Shown: positions 7,698 to 18,113, numbered from the stretch's first letter. The stretch: DNA of 64,000 nucleotides from an uncultured Hyphomicrobium sp. (GCA_964405975.1 CAYOPW010000003.1:1354-65353), one strand, 5' to 3'. Numbers and translations are program-made. The notes: generated by a model from the sequence alone, not told the origin.

Positions 7698-10307
7698 CTA
7701 CGACGCGATGCGTTGAGTGCCACCGGTACGATCCGTGATCAGAATCTCGCGTTTGCCGACGTTGTTTGCCGGGCCAATCAAGCCCTCTCGCTCCATGCGT
7801 TCAATAACGTCGGCTGCCCGATTGTAGCCAATCGAAAGACGGCGTTGCAGGTAGCTCGTGGAGACCTTGCGATCCCGCAACACAATAGCGACGGCCTTGT
7901 CGTAGAGGTCGTCTTGTCGGGCTTCCCGATCCTGCGCGCCCCCATCCTCAGAACGTAACGGCGCATCGGTGACACCGTCGAGGTAACGGGGCGGCCCTTG
8001 TTGCCGCAGTGTTTCAGCAATGTTTTCGACTTCCTCGTCGGTAACGAAGGGGCCATGTGCTCGCATCGTCTGCCCGGACCCCATCGAATAAAGCATGTCG
8101 CCTTGTCCCAACAATTGTTCGGCGCCCTGCTCGTTAAGAATGGTGCGGCTGTCGATCTTGGATGCAACCTTGAAGCCAATGCGCGTCGGGAAGTTCGCTT
8201 TGATCGTGCCCGTCACGATATCGACGGAGGGCCGCTGCGTGGCCATGATGAGGTGAATGCCAGCGGCGCGCGCCATTTGAGCAAGCCGCTGAACGGCCGC
8301 CTCAATCTCTTTGCCCGCAACAGTCATGAGGTCGGCAAACTCATCGACCACGACGACTATGTAAGGCATCGTGCCCGTCTGCAACTCCTGCTTTTGATAG
8401 ACGGCTTGGCCGGTTTCTTCATCGAATCCCGTCTGTACTGTTCGTGCAATCGTCTCGCCGCGGCTCTGCGCTTTACGGACGCGCTTATTGAATGCCTCAA
8501 TATTGCGTACCGAAAGACTAGCCATGCGCTTGTAGCGCTCTTCCATTTCGCCGACGACCCAATTCAAAGCGGCCACCGCTTTTTGCGGATCGGTAACGAC
8601 TGGAGTCAGCAAGTGCGGGATGCCATTGTAGACCGACAGCTCCAGCATCTTCGGATCGATCATCAACAGCCGGCAGTCTTCAGGCCTGCAGCGATAAAGA
8701 AGCGAAAGCACCATAGCGTTGATGCCAACCGATTTTCCCGAACCCGTCGTACCGGCCACCAACAGATGCGGCATTCGAGCAAGGTCAGCCACAACAGGAT
8801 CACCACCAATGGATTTGCCCAGTGCCATGGGAAGTGCAGCGTCGGTAGAGCGGAACGCGTCTGACTCCAGAACTTCGCGCAAGTAGACTGTCTCACGGCG
8901 CACGTTTGGCAATTCGATGCCAATGACGTTGCGCCCGGGCACAACCGCGGCGCGCGCTGACGTCACGCTCATGGAGCGGGCAATGTCATCTGCAAGGCCA
9001 ACGACACGCGACGACTTCGTTCCACGCGCAGGCTCGACCTCGTATAGCGTGACAACGGGACCAGGCTTGATGTCGCGCACTTCGCCTTTGATGCTGAAAT
9101 CTGCAAGCACTTCCTCAAGCAGGCGTGCGGTGCCGCGCAAAATGTTTTGCGTGAGCCCCGGCCGCGATTGCGATGCCTGTGGCCGCTTCAACAGATTGAT
9201 TGGCGGTGCGCGATAGCCCGACGGCCGAGCGCTCCGCAAGCCGCCAAACAGACGACCCTTGCCTTTTTGCACGATTGCGGGCGCAGGGTGCTCTATCTCT
9301 GGCGACGTTTGCGAAGGCTTAGGGCGCCTGTTTGCAGACGCCGGTGCGAAGCGCTCTGCAATTTCCCGGCTGGAGATGTCGGTGTTCGGATCGGTGTCGT
9401 ACCCAGGATTGTCTTCGTCCACCATCGCTGCAGCGTCCGGCGTCCAAGACGTCGCCGCATGAGAAGAATTAACACCGGCCATGGGCTCCGCATCGCCGAA
9501 CGGCAATATAGCGGGCGCGGTCTCAACGCCAAACGCAGGCTCCCGCAGTGGCGGTTCGGGCAGATAGGGTTCGCCCTGCGTGCCGTAATCGTGCTCAGCA
9601 TCAAAATGACCAGCATGTGGATCGTCGACACCGGAGTGCTCTACGTCCGCGGCCCACAAACGTTGCAACCAACCGGGCAGCAGAGATGAGCGCTGCGGTA
9701 AACCTCTTCTGTTGTGATCCAACATGCGGGCTAAGTCTTCGCGCTCCAAACCGACGCTGTAAGCGAGTGCGGCAATGCCCCCAAGCAAGAAGATGAGGGC
9801 AGAAAGCCCATAGACGTCCTCTGCGCCAAACAACGCGAAAAGACTTGCAGCAACTTTGCAAAGCCAGTCACCCACGAGACCGCCAAATCCGTGACTGAAA
9901 GGCCAGCTCGCGGTCACCGGCAGAGCTGAAAAGCCGCCGGCCAGCAGCAGGACAGAAAACGGGAACACGCTCACCTTTTTACGGTTGGCAAATATGCGTT
10001 CCGAAAGCAGCAGCTCGATCCCCCAAAACATGGGTGCGAGCAGTACGAACACGGTGGCAAAGCCCAGCGTATTCAGCATGAGATCGGAGAAAACGGCGCC
10101 AATTGTGCCAAGCAAATTGCTCGGTGTGCCATCCGTGGTGTGCGTCAGGCTCGGATCTGCAAGCGACCATGTGAGGAGACTTGCCCACGCTGCGCCGACA
10201 GCTGCCAGGAGGACAGCACCTCCGGCGCGCCTAAGCCAGCCAACGAGCCTGTCTTCCAACGATTGTGAAAGCAGGCGTCTCGCGTCGCTATGGGACTCGA
10301 GCAGCAT
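7698..10307 (-). CDS. ftsK: DNA translocase FtsK
   Basis: 869 aa with N-terminal TM helices, a Pro/Ala-rich linker, the motor domain with Walker A (VAGTTGSGKSV), and a C-terminal gamma winged helix (YDKAVAIVLRDRKVSTSYLQRRLSIGYNRAADVIERME). Confidence 0.95.
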   Translation of the reverse strand: MLLESHSDARRLLSQSLEDRLVGWLRRAGGAVLLAAVGAAWASLLTWSLADPSLTHTTDGTPSNLLGTIGAVFSDLMLNTLGFATVFVLLAPMFWGIELLLSERIFANRKKVSVFPFSVLLLAGGFSALPVTASWPFSHGFGGLVGDWLCKVAASLFALFGAEDVYGLSALIFLLGGIAALAYSVGLEREDLARMLDHNRRGLPQRSSLLPGWLQRLWAADVEHSGVDDPHAGHFDAEHDYGTQGEPYLPEPPLREPAFGVETAPAILPFGDAEPMAGVNSSHAATSWTPDAAAMVDEDNPGYDTDPNTDISSREIAERFAPASANRRPKPSQTSPEIEHPAPAIVQKGKGRLFGGLRSARPSGYRAPPINLLKRPQASQSRPGLTQNILRGTARLLEEVLADFSIKGEVRDIKPGPVVTLYEVEPARGTKSSRVVGLADDIARSMSVTSARAAVVPGRNVIGIELPNVRRETVYLREVLESDAFRSTDAALPMALGKSIGGDPVVADLARMPHLLVAGTTGSGKSVGINAMVLSLLYRCRPEDCRLLMIDPKMLELSVYNGIPHLLTPVVTDPQKAVAALNWVVGEMEERYKRMASLSVRNIEAFNKRVRKAQSRGETIARTVQTGFDEETGQAVYQKQELQTGTMPYIVVVVDEFADLMTVAGKEIEAAVQRLAQMARAAGIHLIMATQRPSVDIVTGTIKANFPTRIGFKVASKIDSRTILNEQGAEQLLGQGDMLYSMGSGQTMRAHGPFVTDEEVENIAETLRQQGPPRYLDGVTDAPLRSEDGGAQDREARQDDLYDKAVAIVLRDRKVSTSYLQRRLSIGYNRAADVIERMEREGLIGPANNVGKREILITDRTGGTQRIAS

Positions 10308-10324
10308 GATGACGAACGGACTCT

Positions 10325-11542
10325 TTACGCTAGAACTTCAACAAAACGTTCGAGGGCCTTGCCAACGGTCGCCGCGTCATGGACCAGCGCGAGACGCACG
10401 TAGTCCTCGCCCGGATTGGTCCCGTCGCGACCGGCTTGCGCCAGGAAGGCACCAGGCAAAACCTTGACACCGCAGTATTTCCATAAGGTTACCGCCGCCT
10501 CACCAGAGCCCCCAAAATTGGTCACATCGAGCCACAGAAAGAAGCCGCCCGCCGGACGGCGATGTCCGTAACGACCGTTAAGATGTATGTCGCAAACGTC
10601 GTACTTTTCCCGATAGGCCTGCCGATTAGCGATGACGTGAGCTTCATCGCGCCACAGTGCAGCAGATGCATGCTGGGTCGGCCCTGGCATTTGTGGTGCC
10701 ACGAGATTGCGGATCTCGGCGAACGTATAAAGGAACTTCGCATCGCCCGCGCAGAAGCCTGATCTTAGGCCTGGCAGATTGGAGCGCTTTGACAGCGAAT
10801 TGAAGACGACGAGATTGCAGAATCGCTCTGATGTTGCAGCAGCTACCTGGAGGGCGCCCGGCGGGGGATCGTCGGAATAGATCTCAGAGTAGCACTCATC
10901 AAAAAACAGCATGAAGTCATGCGAGCGAGCGAGCTCAAGTGCGCGACCAATGTAGGCTCGGCTCGCAACCGCGCCTTGCGGATTGGCGGGCGAGCAAAGG
11001 TAGAGAGCGGCAGTACGATCCAGCAGCGCTTTGTCGTTGGCGATCTCATCGAGGTCAGGCAAATGACCGGTCGCCTCAGTCGCATTGAGAAAAACCGGTT
11101 CAGCATCGACGGCCAACGCCGCGCCAAGGTAGGCCCCGTAGTACGGGTTGCACATTTGGATCGCTGGCCGGCCCTTGATTTGTTTGCGGCCAACCGCAGG
11201 TATCGCAGCATAGAAGAGTCCCTCGCGTGAGCCGCTAAGTGGGAGCACTTCCTGCAAAGGATCGATGACTGCTTCTGGTCCGTACCGTCGGGCGATCCAA
11301 GCCGTGATCGCCTTGCGCAACTCTTGTGTCCCGCGGATCGATGGGTATTTGGCAAAACTCGCTGCAACTTCAGCGATCTTGTCAGCCACGAACGGCGGCA
11401 TGGGCTCACCCGGCTCGCCGATCGTTAAGTCAATGGGCTCGTTATGCCCTGGCTCGATTCTGTCGAGTAAGCGACGCAGCCGTGAGAACGGCGACACAAT
11501 TGCACCGTGCGCAAGTGCCGATGGGCCAGAAGTGAAAGGCAT
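10325..11542 (-). CDS. class I/II PLP-dependent aminotransferase (AlaC/DapC-like)
   Basis: Fold-type I motifs are present, including NPYYGAY, NPQG and the SLSKRSNLPGLRSG PLP-lysine motif. Start trimmed to ATG 11542, preceded by AGGAAG. Confidence 0.8.
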   Translation of the reverse strand: MPFTSGPSALAHGAIVSPFSRLRRLLDRIEPGHNEPIDLTIGEPGEPMPPFVADKIAEVAASFAKYPSIRGTQELRKAITAWIARRYGPEAVIDPLQEVLPLSGSREGLFYAAIPAVGRKQIKGRPAIQMCNPYYGAYLGAALAVDAEPVFLNATEATGHLPDLDEIANDKALLDRTAALYLCSPANPQGAVASRAYIGRALELARSHDFMLFFDECYSEIYSDDPPPGALQVAAATSERFCNLVVFNSLSKRSNLPGLRSGFCAGDAKFLYTFAEIRNLVAPQMPGPTQHASAALWRDEAHVIANRQAYREKYDVCDIHLNGRYGHRRPAGGFFLWLDVTNFGGSGEAAVTLWKYCGVKVLPGAFLAQAGRDGTNPGEDYVRLALVHDAATVGKALERFVEVLA

Positions 11543-11558
11543 CGAGCTTCCTAATAGC

Positions 11559-11594
11559 GACAAGGCGGCTATCGAACCCCGAAGCCGCCTTGTC
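11559..11594 (-). terminator. strong hairpin between amt and the aminotransferase gene (possible terminator or processing signal)
   Basis: An 11-bp perfect stem pairs GACAAGGCGGC with GCCGCCTTGTC around a 14-nt loop. On the minus strand it is followed by GCUAUUAGG, only a weak U-tract, and then by the aminotransferase SD. Confidence 0.35.
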
Positions 11595-11677
11595 AGCAAA
11601 GCGCAAGTGCTCATTGCCGCGCAAGTCGGCACGTACACCAACTGCGCGCGCGAGTTAGTGCCCGTTAAAGATCCGGT

Positions 11678-12889
11678 TCAAACACGCACCTCGTCTTCTG
11701 GATTCGCCCTGATCTTGTGGATCGACAGATCGGCACCTTGACGCTCTTCCTCCGGCGTCAGGCGTATGCCGACCGTCGACCTGAGGATACCGTAGACGAT
11801 GCACCCAGCGATGAAGCCAAAGGCGGAGCCGAGGATCGAGCCAACGAGCTGAGAAGCAAACGTTACGCCACCTAGTCCACCCAACATTTCTAGGCCGAAG
11901 ATTCCGCAGGCTATTCCACCCCACAGGCCGCATAACCCGTGCAAAGCCCAGACACCCAGTACGTCATCGATTTTCCACTTGTTGGTCGAAATCTGGAACA
12001 TCTGCACGAAGATCGCACCGGCAACACCGCCCACGACGAGCGACCCCAACGGATGCATCACGTCAGAACCGGCACAGACAGCAACGAGGCCGGCAAGCGC
12101 CCCATTGTGCACGAACCCTGGATCGTTATCGCCCACAACGACCGCAGCTACGATGCCGCCGCACATGGCCATCAGCGAATTGATGGCCACTAGACCGGTC
12201 ATCGCATCAAGCCGCTGCGCGCTCATCACGTTAAACCCGAACCAGCCGATGCATAGGAGCCACGATCCCAGCGCGAGCCACGGAATCGAAGAAGGTGGCG
12301 TGGCGCCGCCCCGGCCCTTGTCATATCGGCCAATGCGCGGGCCGAGCATCAGCACCGCACCAAGCGCGGCCCAGCCGGCGAACGCGTGTACTACGATAGA
12401 GCCAGCGAAATCCTTGAACGGCGCCCCGAACCAAGCGTCAAAAAAGACCTCCTGCAGCCCATAATTGCTGTTCCAATAAATGCCTTCGATCAGTGGATAG
12501 AAGAAGGCTACAAGCAACGCCGTCGCGATGGCCTGGGGCGCGAACTTTGCGCGCTCAGCGATCCCGCCCGAGATAATGGCGGCGACAGCAGCCGCGAAGG
12601 TCGCCAAGAAGAAGAATCTTACAAGCGTATAGCCTTGCGCCTCAAAACCAGATGCGCCGCCTGAAATTGCCGCCGCGTTTGCGAAGAATCCGACACCATA
12701 GGCGATCGTATAGCCGATTAAGAAGTAGGCGATCACCGATACCGAGAAATCGACGATGATCTTCACCAGCGCGTTCACCTGGTTCTTGTGGCGAACCGTG
12801 CCGGTCTCGAGGAATGCGAACCCTCCGTGCATCGCAAAAACGAGGATCGCGCCCATAAGTAGAAAAAAGACGTCCGGTCCCTGTTGCAT
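11678..12889 (-). CDS. ammonium transporter (second, intact copy; no signal peptide)
   Basis: 403 aa. FVFAMHGGFAFLETGTVRHKNQ, WFGFNVMSAQ, and DDVLGVWALHGLCGLWGGIACGIFG are Amt family motifs. Confidence 0.9.
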   Translation of the reverse strand: MQQGPDVFFLLMGAILVFAMHGGFAFLETGTVRHKNQVNALVKIIVDFSVSVIAYFLIGYTIAYGVGFFANAAAISGGASGFEAQGYTLVRFFFLATFAAAVAAIISGGIAERAKFAPQAIATALLVAFFYPLIEGIYWNSNYGLQEVFFDAWFGAPFKDFAGSIVVHAFAGWAALGAVLMLGPRIGRYDKGRGGATPPSSIPWLALGSWLLCIGWFGFNVMSAQRLDAMTGLVAINSLMAMCGGIVAAVVVGDNDPGFVHNGALAGLVAVCAGSDVMHPLGSLVVGGVAGAIFVQMFQISTNKWKIDDVLGVWALHGLCGLWGGIACGIFGLEMLGGLGGVTFASQLVGSILGSAFGFIAGCIVYGILRSTVGIRLTPEEERQGADLSIHKIRANPEDEVRV

Positions 12890-13135
12890 TCCCCCACCCC
12901 CGTGGAAAGTGTCTATTTTTTGTGCGGACGCGGCAGGCCGCCGTCATTCGTAGTGAGGCTGCTTGCTCAAATTCGAAGCATCCTGGCTAGGAAGCCGAAA
13001 AGACCTACAATGGTCAACGCTGATAGGCTCGCAATGCCGCAGTCAGCGACTGAGTGTTGCACAAAAGATCGGCAGGGGGTTGAAGCAACTCTGCCCCATG
13101 GCAGACCCGCCCAGACTGCTCAATAAACGGGCAGA

Positions 13136-14038
13136 TTAACGGATGCGACGCGGATTCATGTAAAGGTCGGCTTCCTGGCGTTCGATTTTGGGCTCGATCT
13201 TTCCGCGCTTCACGTCCTTCCAAAGCCGCTTCAAGTGGCGGCGGCAATCGGTGTTAAAGATCATCATTGTGCTGAAAAGCTGCATCACCGTCAGCACCCG
13301 CCGGTCGGCATGATCGACCCGCACCCGGCCCTTCCACTTGCCGCCAAGCGAAAACACCTTGCCGTCGAGATGGCCGACCTCGTTATCATGCTGATCGTAA
13401 AGCGTGTAGTCCCCGCCAAGGTCGATGAAATCGCGCTTCAACCGGTAGAAGTAGGGCGTCCCGTCGGTGATGACAAAGAATGCAAAGTTCTCCGGCATTA
13501 GCGGCCACTTGTTAGCCGAGCGCTCCAGGTAGACGATATAGTTGTCTTCTTCGGTGTTGATGGAATAGGTCATCACCGGAAGGCCGCGTGCAGCGAACGT
13601 CTGTTGCAATGAACGGCCAATCATCAGGTCCATGGTCGCGCGCCAGTTGAGGCTTTCGGTGAAGAGCTTGAAGACGAGACGCTTGTCCATCCCCTTGGCC
13701 TTCTCCCAAAGCTCCTCGCGGTAGCCGATGAGACCAGTACGTTCGCCGCCCTCGATCACCTCAGCAAAAATGTCCATGTCCGAAGTGAACTGCCGCGACT
13801 TGGCGCGATTGCGCGAGCGCTTGTAGATCCCGAACTCGGTGCGGTTGAAGTTGGTGATCCAGATGTCGACAATGAAGTGATACCAGCCGTCCTTGACCGC
13901 CTCGGCAGCCACCTTCTTCGATACGCCGGAAATCTTAGCGGGCTCGGACCGTTTAATGGCCTCCGCGCGGGCGTCGCGTGCCGCGTCGCTTGCCGCTGCG
14001 TCGGCCCGGGCTTCTATGCGAGCTGCGGATGCGGTCAT
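13136..14038 (-). CDS. hypothetical protein, 300 aa, no family recognised
   Basis: Long ORF with GGAGG 6 nt upstream of ATG 14038. It has an Ala/Arg/Asp-rich N-terminus and then a globular part with no TM segments. Composition looks native. Confidence 0.6.
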   Translation of the reverse strand: MTASAARIEARADAAASDAARDARAEAIKRSEPAKISGVSKKVAAEAVKDGWYHFIVDIWITNFNRTEFGIYKRSRNRAKSRQFTSDMDIFAEVIEGGERTGLIGYREELWEKAKGMDKRLVFKLFTESLNWRATMDLMIGRSLQQTFAARGLPVMTYSINTEEDNYIVYLERSANKWPLMPENFAFFVITDGTPYFYRLKRDFIDLGGDYTLYDQHDNEVGHLDGKVFSLGGKWKGRVRVDHADRRVLTVMQLFSTMMIFNTDCRRHLKRLWKDVKRGKIEPKIERQEADLYMNPRRIR

Positions 14039-14149
14039 CTGAGGCCTCCAAAGCGTTGATGCGCAAGAAAACAGCGAATCACTTAGTGGTAAGCCTAGCA
14101 TCGGTCTCCGATGGACAAGATGGCCGGCGCGAATTCCCGCTGGAAAACT

Positions 14150-14842
14150 CTAGCCGGCGGCGCGAATTCCGAAGATAGCGCTGCCGACGCGCACATGCGT
14201 GGCACCGAATTCGATTGCGGTCTCGAAATCGTCGCTCATTCCCATGCTCAGGCCTTTGAGGCCGAGCTCGCCGGCAAGCTTCGCTAGAAAGGCAAAGTGA
14301 ACGGCCGGCTCCTCATCCACCGGCGGAATGCACATCAGACCGGCAATATTCAGTTTCAGGTGATCGCGGCACATTGCGACAAAGTCACCGGCTTCCTTTG
14401 GCGGGACGCCCGCCTTTTGCGGCTCCTCGCCAGTGTTGACCTGAACGAAGAGTTGGAGCGGCTTGGACTGTTTTGTCATTTCGGCTGCAACGGCTTTTGC
14501 AATCTTGGACCGATCAATCGAATGAATCGCATCGAACAACTCGACGGCCTCTTTGGCCTTGTTTGATTGTAGCGGGCCAACGAGATGCAGCTTCGTGTCG
14601 GGAAACTGAGCCTTGAGCGCCGGCCACTTCCGCTTGGCTTCCTGCACGCGGTTCTCGCCGAAAAGCCGGTGGCCGGCCTCCAGCACGGGCCGAATTTCGG
14701 GGGCCTCGAAGGTCTTGGAGACAGCAATCAAGTTGACGTCAGCCACGTCACGGCCGGCAGAGCGCGCCGCCGCCGCAATCCGCCCACGCACCTCCACTAG
14801 CCGTTCTGGTGGCGCGCTCGACATCTCAGAAGTTTGTGCCAT
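14150..14842 (-). CDS. yggS: YggS-family pyridoxal-phosphate homeostasis protein
   Basis: NLIAVSKTFE (PLP lysine), HLVGPLQSNK, and LSMGMSDDFETAIEFGATHVRVGSAIFG are typical of YggS/PROSC. Confidence 0.9.
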   Translation of the reverse strand: MAQTSEMSSAPPERLVEVRGRIAAAARSAGRDVADVNLIAVSKTFEAPEIRPVLEAGHRLFGENRVQEAKRKWPALKAQFPDTKLHLVGPLQSNKAKEAVELFDAIHSIDRSKIAKAVAAEMTKQSKPLQLFVQVNTGEEPQKAGVPPKEAGDFVAMCRDHLKLNIAGLMCIPPVDEEPAVHFAFLAKLAGELGLKGLSMGMSDDFETAIEFGATHVRVGSAIFGIRAAG

Positions 14843-14929
14843 GAGATTGCTGCCTTGACCGTCTTTTACCTTTCAGGCTCATTACGGCGCCCAAAGCACT
14901 TGAGAAATCGCCGAAGAGATTGACGCTGC

Positions 14930-17554
14930 ATGGCCACTGAACGCTACGACGCACCCAAACGGGAAAAGCATTGGCAAGAAGTCTGGGAAAAGGCCGAAGC
15001 CTTTCGCGCTCCCAACGCTGATCCCCGGCCAAAGTGCTACGTGCTTGAGATGTTCCCCTACCCGTCGGGGCGTATCCATGTTGGCCATTCGCGCAATTAC
15101 ACCATGGGCGACGTCTTCGCCCGTTACAAGCGCGCAAAAGGATTCAACGTGCTGCATCCCATGGGATGGGATGCGTTTGGCATGCCGGCTGAAAACGCGG
15201 CTCTGGAGCACAATGTCCATCCTGCTGAATGGACCTACCAAAATATCGAGACGATGAAGAGTCAGCTGAAGTCGATGGGGCTCTCACTTGACTGGTCGCG
15301 CGAGATCGCAACGTGCTCACCCGACTATTACAAGCACCAACAAAAACTCTTCCTCGACATGCTGAAGAAGGGCCTGGCCTATCGTAAGTCATCGAAGGTC
15401 AATTGGGATCCAGTCGACCATACCGTCCTCGCCAATGAGCAGGTGATTGATGGGCGCGGCTGGCGTTCGGGCGCGCTCATCGAGCAGCGCGAGCTAACGC
15501 AGTGGTTCTTTAAGATTACAGATTACGCTGACGAGCTGCTCGAGGCCTTGCTGGCGCTGGAGAAGTGGCCTGAGAAGGTTCGCTTGATGCAGGCGAACTG
15601 GATTGGCCGTTCGGAAGGTTTGCTCGTGCGCTTTGCGCTCGACAAGAAAACGGTGCCGAAGGGCCAGTCGGAAGTCGAAGTTTACACGACGCGGCCGGAC
15701 ACGCTGTTTGGCGCATCGTTCGTCGCGCTCGCACCCGACCACCCGCTGGCAGAAGCGGCAACCCAAGACAACCCGGGCCTCGCCGCCTTTTGCGAGGAGT
15801 GCCGTAACGTCGGCACATCCGTAGCAGAGCTGGAGACGGCCGAGAAGCGGGGCTTTGACACGGGAATCCGCGCCATTCACCCCTTTGATAAAACGTGGAC
15901 GCTGCCAGTCTACGTCGCCAACTTCATTCTCATGGAGTACGGCACAGGCGCCATCTTCGGATGCCCGTCGGGCGATCAGCGCGATCTCGATTTTGCGCGC
16001 AAGTACGATCTGCCGGTCGTGCCCGTGATCCTGCCTCCCGGGGGGAATGCGAGCACCTTCACCATCGAGGACAAAGCCTTCGACGGCGAGGGAACCATGA
16101 TCAACTCCAGCTTTCTGAACGGCCTCGACACGAAGGCCGCGTTTGAAGCGACGGCAAAAAAACTCGAGAAGGCGACGCTCGCAAAGAAGCCCGTTGGCAA
16201 ACGCAAGGTGAACTACCGCCTGCGCGATTGGGGTATCTCGCGCCAGCGTTATTGGGGTTGCCCCATTCCCGTGATCCACTGCGAAGCCTGTGGCGTCGTG
16301 CCTGTGCCAGATGAGGATCTACCCGTTCGCCTGCCTGACGATGCCAACTTCGACACGCCCGGCAATCCCCTCGACCGTCATCCCACATGGAAACACGTCG
16401 CCTGTCCCATGTGCGGCAAGGAGGCCCAGCGGGAAACTGACACGATGGACACGTTCGTCGACAGTTCGTGGTATTTCGTGCGCTTTACGGGGCCTCGCGC
16501 CAAAACTCCCGTCGACCAAAAAGCGGCTGCTTATTGGCTTCCCGTCGACCAATACATTGGCGGTGTCGAGCACGCGATTTTGCACCTGCTTTACTCGCGC
16601 TTCTTTACGCGCGCGATGTGCGACACGGGCCACTTGAAGCTAACAAAGAATGTGCGTGAACCCTTCGCTGCACTCTTCACGCAAGGCATGGTGACTCACG
16701 AGACGTACCAGTCGCCCGCAGGCTATTGGTTGCTGCCCGGGCAAGTGCGCGTTGAAGGTGAGGGCGATACGCGGCGCGCCGTCGAAATCGCAACGGGCGG
16801 GCAGGCCATGATCGGCGCCGTGGAAAAAATGTCGAAGTCGCGCAAGAACACAGTGGACCTCGATGAGTTCGTCAACGAGTACGGCGCTGATGTCGCACGC
16901 TGGTTCGTGCTCTCTGACAGCCCGCCTGAGCGCGATGTGATCTACACGGACGTCGGCGTCGAGGGCGCACGGCGCTTCGTGCAACGCATTTGGCGGCTGG
17001 TGGATCAGGGGATCGAGGTGGCCGCCAAGAAGGGGACAGCGCGTCCCAAGGAGTTTGGCGCCGAGGCGATGGAGTTACGCCGGGCGGCCCATAAGACGCT
17101 GGATCAGGTCGCCAAAAGCATCGAGAGCCTGCGTTTCAATGTAGCAGTTGCCCAAATCTACGAGTTCGCAAATGTTCTTGGCTCAGCAACTGGCAAATCA
17201 GGTGAAGGCCTACCTTGGGCTGCGCGCGAATCACTTGAGCTCTTAGTGCAGATAATTTGCCCTATGATGCCGCATTTGGCCGAAGAATGCTGGGCGAGGC
17301 TCGGATACAACACATTGTTGGCCAATCAACCGTGGCCGGACGCCGAGGCGGCGTTGCTCGTTGACGATACGATCACCATTGCCGTACAGGTTAACGGTAA
17401 GCGGAGAGACGAGCTGACAATTGCCCGGACTGCAGGCTCTGACGAGATCGAGGCGGCCGCCTTGAAACTTGAGCCTGTGGTGCGCGCCCTTGATGGCCGC
17501 CCGGTCAAGAAGGTCATCGTTGTGCCGCAGAGGATCGTGAATGTGGTCGGCTGA
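14930..17554 (+). CDS. leuS: leucine--tRNA ligase
   Basis: 874 aa with the class I HIGH (PSGRIHVGH) and KMSKS (EKMSKSRKN) motifs and the LeuRS editing domain. Confidence 0.97.
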   Translation: MATERYDAPKREKHWQEVWEKAEAFRAPNADPRPKCYVLEMFPYPSGRIHVGHSRNYTMGDVFARYKRAKGFNVLHPMGWDAFGMPAENAALEHNVHPAEWTYQNIETMKSQLKSMGLSLDWSREIATCSPDYYKHQQKLFLDMLKKGLAYRKSSKVNWDPVDHTVLANEQVIDGRGWRSGALIEQRELTQWFFKITDYADELLEALLALEKWPEKVRLMQANWIGRSEGLLVRFALDKKTVPKGQSEVEVYTTRPDTLFGASFVALAPDHPLAEAATQDNPGLAAFCEECRNVGTSVAELETAEKRGFDTGIRAIHPFDKTWTLPVYVANFILMEYGTGAIFGCPSGDQRDLDFARKYDLPVVPVILPPGGNASTFTIEDKAFDGEGTMINSSFLNGLDTKAAFEATAKKLEKATLAKKPVGKRKVNYRLRDWGISRQRYWGCPIPVIHCEACGVVPVPDEDLPVRLPDDANFDTPGNPLDRHPTWKHVACPMCGKEAQRETDTMDTFVDSSWYFVRFTGPRAKTPVDQKAAAYWLPVDQYIGGVEHAILHLLYSRFFTRAMCDTGHLKLTKNVREPFAALFTQGMVTHETYQSPAGYWLLPGQVRVEGEGDTRRAVEIATGGQAMIGAVEKMSKSRKNTVDLDEFVNEYGADVARWFVLSDSPPERDVIYTDVGVEGARRFVQRIWRLVDQGIEVAAKKGTARPKEFGAEAMELRRAAHKTLDQVAKSIESLRFNVAVAQIYEFANVLGSATGKSGEGLPWAARESLELLVQIICPMMPHLAEECWARLGYNTLLANQPWPDAEAALLVDDTITIAVQVNGKRRDELTIARTAGSDEIEAAALKLEPVVRALDGRPVKKVIVVPQRIVNVVG

Positions 17555-17576
17555 CGATCAAACACGGGGGCGATCG

Positions 17577-18113
17577 ATGCGGACCAAAAGCCGCCGATCG
17601 ACAATTTGGGTTGTTATAGCGTGTGCAGCGATGCCCATGCTCGCCGCTGGCTGTGGCGACGGCGGATTCCGCCCCCTCTATGCGTCGCCGACTATTGTCG
17701 GAACTGACGTCAACGACAAGCTGGCCCAAATCGATATTGCGCCGATTCCCGGACGCGTCGGTCAGCGCCTGCGCAACGAGCTAATCTTCCAGTCGACCGG
17801 AGGGGATCTACAGTTAGAGCCGGCCTACCGCCTCAACATTGTTATTCGTGAATCCATCACAGCCACGCTGGTACGTGTTGACGGCGATTCTTTGGGCAGC
17901 ACTTATAACCTCGATGCCTCTTTTAAACTGATCAGGATGTCCGATAACGCCGTCATCCTCGAGGGCAAGAGTTTTGGACGTGCCCCTTTCCAGCGTTTCG
18001 ATTCAGTGTTCGCCAATGTTCGCGCACGCCACGATGCGGAAAATCGCGCTGCCCGAACGATCGGAGACGAGCTCAAATCGCGTTTGGCCGCTTTCCTTTC
18101 GGGTGCTGCCTGA
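17577..18113 (+). CDS. lptE: LPS-assembly lipoprotein LptE
   Basis: Lipobox MPMLAAGCG, with position immediately after leuS and before holA (conserved leuS-lptE-holA order). Start trimmed to ATG 17577, preceded by GGGGG. Confidence 0.75.
   Translation: MRTKSRRSTIWVVIACAAMPMLAAGCGDGGFRPLYASPTIVGTDVNDKLAQIDIAPIPGRVGQRLRNELIFQSTGGDLQLEPAYRLNIVIRESITATLVRVDGDSLGSTYNLDASFKLIRMSDNAVILEGKSFGRAPFQRFDSVFANVRARHDAENRAARTIGDELKSRLAAFLSGAA

Noticed and set aside
7998-8864. Long antisense ORFs inside well-supported genes. Examples are 7998..8864 opposite ftsK, 15494..16279 opposite leuS, 986..1561 opposite tesB, 29873..30418 opposite the DUF255 gene, and 47482..47991 opposite the ABC ATPase.
   Set aside because: These are typical high-GC shadow frames. 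Their products are Arg/Ala/Pro-rich and low in complexity with no recognisable motifs. Each lies fully inside a gene whose product has strong family signatures.
13083-13096. A sigma-54-like TGGGGC-N4-TTGC on the minus strand upstream of the second amt.
   Set aside because: The spacer is one nt too short for the strict -24/-12 geometry, and the -24 hexamer has two mismatches.
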